DNA from: an uncultured Candidatus Peribacteria bacterium
GTDB taxonomy: Bacteria > Patescibacteriota > Gracilibacteria > Peribacterales > Peribacteraceae
Assembly: GCA_964373225.1 (NCBI GenBank)
Contig: CAYJTW010000001.1
Location: 1 to 32,583, forward strand
DNA: 32,583 nucleotides
Direction of reading: 5' to 3'
The position numbers were made by a program, and so were the translations under genes. Shown here in pieces: positions 7,790 through 15,531 of the stretch (positions are counted from its first letter, which is position 1; the number at the start of each line of letters is the position of its first letter). The notes under the pieces are model-generated. The model was not told where the DNA came from. It saw only the letters and a list, made by a program, of their open reading frames with translations, and did no database searches.

Positions 7790-7794
7790 AAACT
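7765..7794. repeat. Right arm: AAAAACTC-TAAAAAC-TACAAAC-TAAAAACT, inverted copy of the left arm
   Basis: Overlaps the last codons (KTLKTTN*) of the four-helix-bundle gene and ends 3 nt before the def stop codon. Confidence 0.85.
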
Positions 7795-7796
7795 CA

Positions 7797-8237
7797 TCAC
7801 GTATAATCCACAATCAACACCCCCTCCAGATGATCCACTTCGTGCTGGACGACTCTGGCGTCGAAGTTCTTCAGTTTCCGTTCCTGTTTCTTCCCCTTCA
7901 GGTCTGTATAGGTGAGCGCGATGTCGAGCGAGCGCGAGATCATCAACCAAACGTTTGGCAGACTCAAACATCCTTCTTGATCGATGTCGGTTTCCTTGCT
8001 GCGCTTCGTGATCACGGGATTGATCAGCGGCGTCACCTTCTTCCCGATCACCGCGATGCAGATGCGCTCGGTGCGGTTCACCTGCGGCGCCGCGAGCCCG
8101 ACGCCGCTGGCTTCCTTCATTGTTTCGATCATGTCCTTGATCAACTGCTTCACGTCTTTGGTGACCGCCGGGACCGGTTTGGTCTTCTTGCGGAGGATCG
8201 GATTATCGGGGCCGATGACGATAGGCAAGATAGCCAT
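7797..8237 (-). CDS. def: Peptide deformylase
   Basis: GVGLAAPQV, EGCLSLP and QHEVDHLEG motifs. Start taken at MAILPIV (ATG at 8237), because the longer ORF-track start runs into an intergenic palindromic repeat. Confidence 0.92.
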   Translation of the reverse strand: MAILPIVIGPDNPILRKKTKPVPAVTKDVKQLIKDMIETMKEASGVGLAAPQVNRTERICIAVIGKKVTPLINPVITKRSKETDIDQEGCLSLPNVWLMISRSLDIALTYTDLKGKKQERKLKNFDARVVQHEVDHLEGVLIVDYT

Positions 8238-8244
8238 GACAGGA

Positions 8245-8325
8245 AGAATACTAGAATAATAGAATACTAGGACCCTGAAAAATGAAGTATGTCCGTTCAA
8301 CATTCCTAATATTCTATTATTCTAG
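8245..8325. repeat. Palindromic element built from inverted octamer arrays (AGAATACT AGAATAAT AGAATACT AGGA ... TCCT AATATTCT ATTATTCT AG), 31-nt spacer
   Basis: 22-bp arms (8251-8272 and 8304-8325) with one mismatch. A second family member lies at 27815-27910. Confidence 0.85.
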
Positions 8326-8894
8326 CCCTTTACCACTCCTGCTTTTAACGATGCGCGCTTCTTCAGCTCATCAAAGGATGGAATCCTCTCGACCATCTTC
8401 TGTAACGCCTGCGCGGTCAGGATCACGTCGGCCAGCGCGCGATGGCGCTCCTCGGGCATCTCCAGGTTGAATTTTTTGATCAGGGCGTCGAGCGAATGCC
8501 GGAAGTCGGTCGGGTAAAGACTGCGTGCGAGCGTCACGGTGCAGAGGCACTCGGGCAGGTCGACAAATCCCCAGCAGTACTGCTTCTCGGCCTCGAGGAA
8601 ACCCATATCGAAGCTCGCATTGTGTGCGACGAGCATCGATCCCTTCGCGAATTCCAAAAACTGCGGCAGAACGAGATCAATCGTCGGGGCGCTCTTCACG
8701 TCCTCATCACTAATCTTGTTCACCTGCCGCGCATCCCACGGGATCTCGCGCTCCGGGTTCACGAACGTTACGAAATGTTCATCGAGGATCCGGTCGTTCT
8801 CCATTCTCACCGCCGCAATCTCCACGATCCTGTGTCCGCGCAAGGGGTCGAGGCCGGTCGTCTCAACGTCGAAGATCGTCAGGGGCGGGAGCAC
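8322..8894 (-). CDS. DEDDh 3'-5' exonuclease (DNA polymerase III epsilon-like)
   Basis: Exo motifs FDVETTGLDP, LVAHNASFDMGFL and HRALADV. Confidence 0.88.
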   Translation of the reverse strand: MLPPLTIFDVETTGLDPLRGHRIVEIAAVRMENDRILDEHFVTFVNPEREIPWDARQVNKISDEDVKSAPTIDLVLPQFLEFAKGSMLVAHNASFDMGFLEAEKQYCWGFVDLPECLCTVTLARSLYPTDFRHSLDALIKKFNLEMPEERHRALADVILTAQALQKMVERIPSFDELKKRASLKAGVVKG

Positions 8895-8943
8895 CGCGGA
8901 AATATAGTGAAGGTTTGTTCAAAGGGGAAATAGAAAGAGGGCT

Positions 8944-8988
8944 GAATGGTAAGATGGTGGACCATTCATCATGTCACCATCTTACCAT
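8944..8988 (+). promoter_or_regulatory. Two mutually exclusive hairpins around the nth start codon
   Basis: ATGGTAAGATGGTG (8946-8959) is the perfect inverse of CACCATCTTACCAT (8975-8988), with the ATG at 8971 in the loop. Alternative 7-bp stem: GAATGGT (8944-8950) with ACCATTC (8961-8967). Confidence 0.5.
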
Positions 8989-9639
8989 CCTTTGACGGCT
9001 TCGAGTGTCCTGCGACGGCTGGAAAAGCTGCATCACCCCCCGCGCACCTTCCTCCATTGGCGCACGCCACTCGACCTCCTCGTTGCGACGATCCTCAGCG
9101 CCCAGTGCACCGACGTGCGCGTGAATATCGTCACCAAAACGCTCTACAAGAAGTATCAGACGCCGCAGGACTATGTCAGCGCTTCGCGTCAGCATCTCGA
9201 GCGCGACATCCATTCCTGCGGGACGTACCGCAACAAAGCGCGGTTCATTCAGGAAATGTGCGCGCGGCTGATCAGTCATCACAAAGGGAAAGTCCCGCAG
9301 ACGATGGAGGAGTTGATTGAACTGCAGGGCGTCGGTCGCAAGACCGCGTCGATTATCCTCTGGGCGTGCTTTGGCAAGAACGAAGGCATCGCGGTCGATA
9401 CGCACGTCATCCGGGTCTCGCAGCGGCTCGGCCTGACGCGTCACAAAGATCCCAAGAGAATTGAACTGGATCTGATGCAGTCATTGCCTCGGAAAAAGTG
9501 GGGAGAATTCACCACACTCATCATCAGCCACGGGCGGGCGGTATGCACCGCGAGGAACCGGCAGTGTGAGAAATGTCCGTTCAAGAAGGAGTGTCCGTCA
9601 TCGCTTGTTTTGGGGAGAAAAGACTTGGCGAAGCCATAA
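8971..9639 (+). CDS. nth: Endonuclease III
   Basis: LVATILSAQCTD, HhH LQGVGRKTASIIL, DTHVIRV, and an Fe-S cluster motif C-x6-C-x2-C-x5-C (CTARNRQCEKCPFKKEC). Confidence 0.95.
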   Translation: MSPSYHPLTASSVLRRLEKLHHPPRTFLHWRTPLDLLVATILSAQCTDVRVNIVTKTLYKKYQTPQDYVSASRQHLERDIHSCGTYRNKARFIQEMCARLISHHKGKVPQTMEELIELQGVGRKTASIILWACFGKNEGIAVDTHVIRVSQRLGLTRHKDPKRIELDLMQSLPRKKWGEFTTLIISHGRAVCTARNRQCEKCPFKKECPSSLVLGRKDLAKP

Positions 9640-9646
9640 ACAGTAA

Positions 9647-9677
9647 TTGACAGAAATTATATATTACATAATAATAG
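9647..9677 (+). promoter_or_regulatory. Sigma-70-like promoter candidate (TTGACA, then a TAATAA/ATAATA -10 region at 16-17 nt)
   Basis: TTGACA at 9647-9652 in a very AT-rich stretch, about 25 nt upstream of the 9699 ATG. Confidence 0.45.
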
Positions 9678-9698
9678 TTCCTTTAGCCCAATCTCCCT

Positions 9699-10499
9699 AT
9701 GGCCTCCCGAGAAGCAGTCGACTTGACCACAGTTCATGGGATTTTGAAGCAAAACGATATCCAAAGTCCGAAGCTCGGGAAGGTGATGGCAGACATGCGC
9801 AGACTCTTCATTGCACGCGCGGGAACGAAATTAGACTGGAAGCAGCAGTACGAATCCGCCTGCGCAACGTTGGCGTCGTCCGGCGGCGCAAAATTTACGC
9901 CGTCGTTCCAGGCGACGCAGGGAGCATTTGCGTCTGAGCAACAGGAGTTGGCATTGCTCCTCCGTGATCCCAAGCTCCTCCTTGTTCCCAAACGAGATTT
10001 TCTCGCACTGCTCGAGGCAATTCGCAGCAGCGGCCTTGTCACACGAACCGAAATCAACAGGCCGATCGAGCTTGCACTGAGAGGTCATCGCGGAAAGAAG
10101 TCTCTGGCAACAAGTGTTCGTCCCGTCATGATTGAAGGTGCCCTATGCATAGAACCATTTACCACTGATGATGAGCACAAGCAGATTGCTGAGCGTGCAA
10201 AGATGATCGCCGCCATTCGCCAGCCGTTTTCGATGGGCGGAATGACAAAAGAGCAGTATGCGATGTTTGTATTGGATGGTTACAGAATGCAGATGCCGGT
10301 GGATACGGAGACAATGACGATTCTCGATGACGAACCACCCATCAAGAATGATATTCTCTATGCATCCGCGCATGTGGACGAGGGAATGGGATCCATACCG
10401 GAACAGCGTCACCTATCCTTTGGCACGTTGCCTGGTATAGCAGCGCGCACCCGGGCCCGGTTCCGTTCCACCATCAGCGGGAAGGAGATCGCGATGTAA
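9699..10499 (+). CDS. Hypothetical protein (266 aa); no motif recognised
   Basis: Long ORF in a lower-GC segment with its own promoter-like sequence. No signal peptide or TM segment seen. Confidence 0.6.
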   Translation: MASREAVDLTTVHGILKQNDIQSPKLGKVMADMRRLFIARAGTKLDWKQQYESACATLASSGGAKFTPSFQATQGAFASEQQELALLLRDPKLLLVPKRDFLALLEAIRSSGLVTRTEINRPIELALRGHRGKKSLATSVRPVMIEGALCIEPFTTDDEHKQIAERAKMIAAIRQPFSMGGMTKEQYAMFVLDGYRMQMPVDTETMTILDDEPPIKNDILYASAHVDEGMGSIPEQRHLSFGTLPGIAARTRARFRSTISGKEIAM

Positions 10500-10523
10500 A
10501 AGTATCGGCTATACTGATCGCCG

Positions 10524-11559
10524 ATGACGGTATTTCTGGCACTCTTCCTCGCCAGCCTCATCACGATCCTCCTCCCGTGCATTCTCCCGCTCATCCCGGT
10601 CGTCTTGGGCGTGAGCATCGCGGGGAAGAGCAAGCTCCGGCCACTCGTGATGATCGGGGGAATGGTGTTGTCGTTTGATCGTCGCCGTCCTCGGCGGCAA
10701 TCCGTTCCCTCTTCTATGACGCTCCCCACCCTCCCAAAAATTATGCGAGCTCCTGAATTCCGTGGCCTCGGCCCCTGGCATAACTCGCAGCCGTTCACGC
10801 TTGCCTCACTCAAGGGCAAAGTCGTGCTCGTGGATTTTTGGACGTACAGCTGCATCAATTGCATCCGGACGCTGCCATGCCGCCATCAAGCGCCACGGTC
10901 TCACGTACCCGACCGCGCAGGATAACGACTACGGGACGTGGAATGCGTTTGCCAATCGCTACTGGACTGCGAAGTACCTCATCGACGCGCAGGGCTACAT
11001 TCGCTACACGCACTTCGGGGAGGGGGGATACGAAGAAACGGATCTTGCCATTCAGAGCTTGTTGAATGAAATCGGGGCGACGGCGCAAGGGCCGATGATC
11101 GGTACGGATGCCACCGGCGGCAGCGGCCGCGGCCGCGAGACGTCGCCCGAGACGTACGTCGGCTCCCGCAACTGGCCCGCCTTCGCAAATGCTACGGCGG
11201 GCAAGCCGGACACCGCAGTCCATTCCTACGTGATGTCGGCGACTGTTCCCCTCAATCAATACGCTCTCTCCGGTGACTGGCAGCTGTCGGCTGATGAGGA
11301 GAGTCAGATACTGCGGAGCGCCGAAGGGGTAATCCGGTATCACGCGATGGGATCCGAAGTGAATCTGGTCCTGGGTCTCGCAGAAGAATCAACGCCCGTT
11401 TCCGCCGATATCTTCATCGATGGAAAGAAGACGAAGACGATCACGATCCAGGCGCATGATCTCTACAATCTCTTCACCGGTCCGTATGGCGAGCATGATG
11501 TCACGCTCAAGATTCATGGGAGGGGCGTGGAGGCGTATGCGTATACGTTTGGGTCCTAA
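10524..11559 (+). pseudogene. dipZ: Decayed DipZ-like gene (CcdA/DsbD membrane domain, thioredoxin-like domain, C-terminal DipZ domain), with frameshifts and internal deletions
   Basis: Frame 0 reads CcdA TM1 (LLPCILPLIPVV) and later the Trx motif VVLVDFWTYSCINCIRTLP, then stops at 10925. The continuation AIKRHGLTYPTAQDNDYGTWNAFANRYWTAKYLIDAQGYIRYTHFGEGGY lies in frame +1 (ORF 10762-11559). The TM domain is cut to about 50 aa, and a hydrophobic continuation (LIVAVLGGNPFPLL*) is visible in another frame near 10677. Confidence 0.75.
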
Positions 11560-11562
11560 AAA

Positions 11563-11592
11563 ACCGGCCCCGCGAGGAGCCGGTCTTTTTTT
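11563..11592. terminator. Bidirectional rho-independent terminator between the convergent dipZ remnant and amtB
   Basis: AAAAACCGGC-cccgcgagga-GCCGGTCTTTTTTT: a GC stem flanked by an A-run and a T-run. Confidence 0.8.
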
Positions 11593-11599
11593 AGTTCTG

Positions 11600-12979
11600 T
11601 TATTTACGGGCCAATGCCGCGGTCTTCTCCGCGACGATCCGATTCATTGACGGTGCGCTTGCCATTGCCAGGTCGCAGACCGGAGCGGGCGCGAAGTCCC
11701 CGGAATAGTCGAGCACGTAGGCGGGCATGCCGTGCTCGCCCTCGTCCAGGCCTTCCATTTCCTCCACCGCGCCGACGCGCAGTCCCATGACAGCCTTAAT
11801 CGCGAGCCAGGCGATCGACGAAGCAACCGCGACGAATGCTCCGACGGAGACGACGCCAATCGCCTGCGTCGTCAGCAGGGCCATTCCGCCTCCGTAGAGC
11901 AATCCGTTTGCACCTGTGAAGACGGAACCCGAAGTTGTTGCAAAGAGACCGACCGCGAGCGTCCCCCATATCCCATTCACGAGGTGGACCGAGAGTGCGC
12001 CGACAGGATCGTCCACGCGCAATTTCTCAAACATGAAGACCGCGAGGACCACGAGGATTCCCGCAATGCCACCGATGGCAATCGCGCCGGTCATCGAGAC
12101 GGCGTCGCTGGGAGCCGTGATTGCAACGAGCCCCGCGAGCGTGCCATTCACGATCATGCTCAGGTCGGGTTTCTTCTGCATGTACCACGACGTGAGGAGA
12201 GCGGCCAGCGTTCCCGTTGCGGCGGCGAGGTTCGTCGTGAGCGCGATGTGCGCGATCGCGCGGCCGTCGGCCGCCATGGTACTGCCCGGATTGAACCCGA
12301 ACCAGCCGAGCCAGAGAATGAGCCCGCCGAGCGTGACGCTCGTCATGCTGTGGCCGCGGATCGTCTGCGGCTTCCCCTCGGCGTCGTAGCGTCCAAGCCG
12401 GGGTCCGAGCATGAGAGCGCCCGTGAGCGCGGCCCATCCCCCGATGGAGTGCACCACCGTCGAGCCCGCGAAGTCATGCATGGGCGTTGCGAGTGTCGAG
12501 AGGAATCCGCCGCCCCAGATCCAGTGTCCCGCGACGGGGTAGAGGAAGGCCGTCATCACCACGGAGAACACAACGAATGAGCCGAATTTGATCCGCTCGG
12601 CCACGGCGCCCGAGACGATCGTTGCGGCGGTGCCGGCGAAGACGAGCTGGAAGAAGAACTTCGCCGCCATCGGCACCGATGTCCACTCCAGAGCGCTGAA
12701 CGACGAGGAGCCGTTGATGAGGGCAGGCATGAAGCCGGTGAGGCCGACGAATGCATTGCCGTTGCCGAACATCAGAGCGAAGCCGATCAGCCAGAACGCG
12801 AGGGTCGACACCGCGAAGACGACGTAGTTCTTGGCCAGCACGTTGACGCAGTTCTTGGCGCGGCACAGACCGGATTCCACGAGCGCGAATCCCGCGTTCA
12901 TGAAGAAGACGAGGAAGGCAGCGACAAGCACCCAGACGGTATCGAGGGCGATCTTGAGATCGGGGAGGGCGATTTCCAT
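11600..12979 (-). CDS. amtB: Ammonium transporter
   Basis: FFMNAGFALVESGLCRAKN, DFAGSTVVHSIGGW, and multiple TM segments. Start taken at MEIALPD (12979), because the longer ORF overlaps the glnA stop and the repeat array. Confidence 0.93.
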   Translation of the reverse strand: MEIALPDLKIALDTVWVLVAAFLVFFMNAGFALVESGLCRAKNCVNVLAKNYVVFAVSTLAFWLIGFALMFGNGNAFVGLTGFMPALINGSSSFSALEWTSVPMAAKFFFQLVFAGTAATIVSGAVAERIKFGSFVVFSVVMTAFLYPVAGHWIWGGGFLSTLATPMHDFAGSTVVHSIGGWAALTGALMLGPRLGRYDAEGKPQTIRGHSMTSVTLGGLILWLGWFGFNPGSTMAADGRAIAHIALTTNLAAATGTLAALLTSWYMQKKPDLSMIVNGTLAGLVAITAPSDAVSMTGAIAIGGIAGILVVLAVFMFEKLRVDDPVGALSVHLVNGIWGTLAVGLFATTSGSVFTGANGLLYGGGMALLTTQAIGVVSVGAFVAVASSIAWLAIKAVMGLRVGAVEEMEGLDEGEHGMPAYVLDYSGDFAPAPVCDLAMASAPSMNRIVAEKTAALARK

Positions 12980-12995
12980 GGGGGAGGGGGAACGA

Positions 12996-13027
12996 AATGG
13001 AGAATGGAAAATTGAGAATGGAGAATT
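12996..13027. repeat. Heptamer tandem array AATGGAG/AATGGAA/AATTGAG/AATGGAG/AATT in the glnA-amtB spacer
   Basis: Read directly. It has the same unit pattern (ATG, ATG, ATT, ATG) as the in-frame array in guaA at 897-930. Confidence 0.9.
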
Positions 13028-14555
13028 AAACGTCGTAGTAGCGGAAGAATTCGGATGCGGTCGGACGTTTGGCTTCATCTGCCACGTCGCCGCGCTTCCA
13101 GGCGATGAAGTTCTCGAGGAACGCCTTGGAGAAGACGCCGCCCTTCAGCAGGAATTCGTGATCTTGTTCCAAAGAATCCAGCGCTTCACCGAGGGAAGAC
13201 GGCGCGTGCTTGATCTTGATCAGTTCCGCGGGAGCCATGTCGTAGAGGTTGCCGTCCGTGTGGTCGCCGGGCAGCAGCCCTCGCTCGATGCCGTCCATCC
13301 CCGCGAGGAGCAGCGCGGAGAAGGCGAGGTAGGGGTTGCAGGCGGGGTCGGGCATGCGGAACTCCACGCGCTTGGCCCTGGGATTGTTGCTGTACATCGG
13401 GATGCGGATCGCCGCACTGCGGTTGCGCGCCGAATAGATGAGGTTCACCGGTGCCTCAAAGCCCGGGACGAGACGCTTGTAGCTGTTGGTCGTCGGGTTA
13501 CAGATCGCACAGAGGGCTTTGGCGTGATGGAGGAGACCGGCGATGTAGTGGATGGCCATCTTGCTCAGCCCCGCGTATTCGTTCCCTGCGAAGAGCGGCT
13601 TGCCCTCCTTCCACAAACTCATGTGCACGTGCATGCCGCTGCCGTTATCGCCGAAGAGGGGCTTCGGCATAAACGTCGCGGTCTTGCCGTACCGGTACGC
13701 GACGTTGCGAACGATGTACTTGTAGCGCATGAGTTTATCGGCCATCGTCAGCAGCTCGTCGCGCTCCATGTCGATCTCGGCCTGGCCGGCCGTGGCGACT
13801 TCGTGGTGGAAGGTTTCGATCTTGATGCCCGCGCGCTCCATCTCGCGAACCATCGTCGAGCGCAGGTCCTGCTGGGTATCCATCGGGGAGACCGGGAAGT
13901 AGCCTTCCTTGTGGCGGATCTTGTACCCGAGGTTCCCCCCTTCGCCAAGGCTTCGGGGGGCAGGGCCCGAAAGCTCGTCACGGCCCGTATTCCAGATGCC
14001 TTCATTGGAGTCGACGTCGTACATCGCGCCATGTGCGCTCGTGTCGTACTTGACCGAATCGAAGATGAAGAACTCCGCTTCGGGGCCGAAGTAACCGCTG
14101 TCGGCCACGCTGCTGTTGCGCAAGTACTCCATCGCACGCATCGCCACCGTGCGGGGGCTGCTGTCATAGAACTCGCCCGTGATCGGATCTTTGACGTTGC
14201 AGAGGACCGACACCGTCTGCTCGGTCTTGAAGGCATCGAGGATCGCGGTCGCGGGGTCCGGAACGAGGAGCATGTCGGACTCCTGAATCTGGCGGAACCC
14301 GCGGATGGAACTCCCGTCGAAGCCCGCAGCGGTCTTCAGCACATCCTCAAGCTCGTGGATCGGCTTGCTCGTGTGCTGGAGCGTGCCGGGAACATCGACG
14401 AACGTCAGATCGAGCACGGTGCACTCATGCTTCCTGGCAAATGCCATCACATCTTCCGCGGTCTTCATCTTGGGCGTGAACGAGAGGTCTTCGCCCATGT
14501 GCGGGCGCGGGATTTTCAGTAATTCCTTTTCGAGGGTTCCGGCAGCGGGATTCAT
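13026..14555 (-). CDS. glnA: Glutamine synthetase, type I
   Basis: KPLFGDNGSGMHVHMSLW, SARNRSAAIRIP, RVEFRMPDPACNPYLA, NLYD. The start is uncertain: ATG at 14555, 14498 or 14468. Confidence 0.93.
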   Translation of the reverse strand: MNPAAGTLEKELLKIPRPHMGEDLSFTPKMKTAEDVMAFARKHECTVLDLTFVDVPGTLQHTSKPIHELEDVLKTAAGFDGSSIRGFRQIQESDMLLVPDPATAILDAFKTEQTVSVLCNVKDPITGEFYDSSPRTVAMRAMEYLRNSSVADSGYFGPEAEFFIFDSVKYDTSAHGAMYDVDSNEGIWNTGRDELSGPAPRSLGEGGNLGYKIRHKEGYFPVSPMDTQQDLRSTMVREMERAGIKIETFHHEVATAGQAEIDMERDELLTMADKLMRYKYIVRNVAYRYGKTATFMPKPLFGDNGSGMHVHMSLWKEGKPLFAGNEYAGLSKMAIHYIAGLLHHAKALCAICNPTTNSYKRLVPGFEAPVNLIYSARNRSAAIRIPMYSNNPRAKRVEFRMPDPACNPYLAFSALLLAGMDGIERGLLPGDHTDGNLYDMAPAELIKIKHAPSSLGEALDSLEQDHEFLLKGGVFSKAFLENFIAWKRGDVADEAKRPTASEFFRYYDV

Positions 14556-14664
14556 AGAAGGAAGGGGAAGAAGAAGTTACATGAAAAGCGAAAAATTCAC
14601 GCAAAGGAAGTGAACAGGCAACACGGAGTCATTCCAACCATTCGAGTGAACACAATGTTTTTTC

Positions 14665-14681
14665 TGTTATTATTTTGAACA
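14665..14681. promoter_or_regulatory. 17-bp palindromic box TGTTATTATTTTGAACA in the glnA / TrmB-regulator divergent intergenic region
   Basis: Matches TGTNA-N7-TNACA (the Bacillus GlnR/TnrA operator consensus) at all but one defined position. Lies about 110 nt upstream of the glnA ATG at 14555. Confidence 0.35.
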
Positions 14682-14784
14682 ACAGAGCGTCATCGTGTAT
14701 CTTCCTCTCCTGTCCGTTATTCGCGGAGATTTCCCATTCCCGTGTTCAGCCTGATTACACATTGCGGTCCGCCCCCCTTCCCGT

Positions 14785-15531
14785 ATGACTAAAGATCTCA
14801 TTCGCGTCCTCTCCTCCGCCGGACTCACCGACGCGCAAGCGCAGCTCTACTACGCCGGTCTCAAACTGGCATCGGCTCCAGCGTCCGACTATGCCAAAAA
14901 GACCGGCTTCAACCGGATCACCGCGTACAACATGCTGGAGGAAATGGTCCGGCAGGGGCGGTTCACTCTCGTGAAGAAAACCCGTGGCAAGTGGTATTCG
15001 CCGATTGCTCCCGAGTATCTGGCGGTGGATGCGCGCAAGAATGCCGACGCACTGGAGCGCAGTCTTCCCGAACTCCGTTCTCTGCAGGGGCCGAAGGAGC
15101 GAAAACCGCGTGTCCGGTTCTTTGAGGGATGGGACGGTGTGCGGCGCGTGTACGAGGAGACACTCACCGCGCATGGGGAGATCCTGAACTTCGCCAACTC
15201 CGCGGTCGTCCGCAAATACTGGCCCGCCTACGACGAAGAGTACGTCGCCGAGCGGGTGAGGCGAGGAGTCCACCTGCGCGGCATCGCTCCCGATGATGAG
15301 ACGGGCAGGCGCGTGCACGGCGAAGACCGCAAGAAACTCCGCGAGATCCGCCTGGTCCCCGCCAGGGATTTCGACTTCACCAACGAGATCAACATCTACG
15401 ATCACAAAGTCGCGATCTGCTCCTTCGCCAGCTCACCGCAGATGTTCGGAGTGATCATTGAGAGCAGAGAAGTAGCGGAGACGCAGCGGCAGATTTTTGA
15501 GATGGCTTGGCGGTTCGCAGCCAAGCCATGA
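14785..15531 (+). CDS. TrmB-family HTH transcriptional regulator
   Basis: N-terminal w[53 protein letters not shown], typical of the TrmB N-terminal domain, plus a TrmB-like C-terminal domain. Confidence 0.75.
   Translation: MTKDLIRVLSSAGLTDAQAQLYYAGLKLASAPASDYAKKTGFNRITAYNMLEEMVRQGRFTLVKKTRGKWYSPIAPEYLAVDARKNADALERSLPELRSLQGPKERKPRVRFFEGWDGVRRVYEETLTAHGEILNFANSAVVRKYWPAYDEEYVAERVRRGVHLRGIAPDDETGRRVHGEDRKKLREIRLVPARDFDFTNEINIYDHKVAICSFASSPQMFGVIIESREVAETQRQIFEMAWRFAAKP

Noticed and set aside
11732-12580. 282-aa plus-strand ORF
   Set aside because: It is antisense to the ammonium transporter and has Arg/Asp/Glu-rich composition with no motifs.
12831-14522. 563-aa ORF on the plus strand
   Set aside because: It lies entirely antisense to the clearly identified glnA. 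The composition is Arg/Val/His/Leu-rich with no motifs, which is the typical stop-free shadow frame of a GC-rich gene.
14556-14784. Sigma-54 (GG-N10-GC) promoter upstream of glnA
   Set aside because: I looked for TGGCAC-N5-TTGC-like spacing on the glnA strand. The only GG...GC candidates have the wrong spacing.
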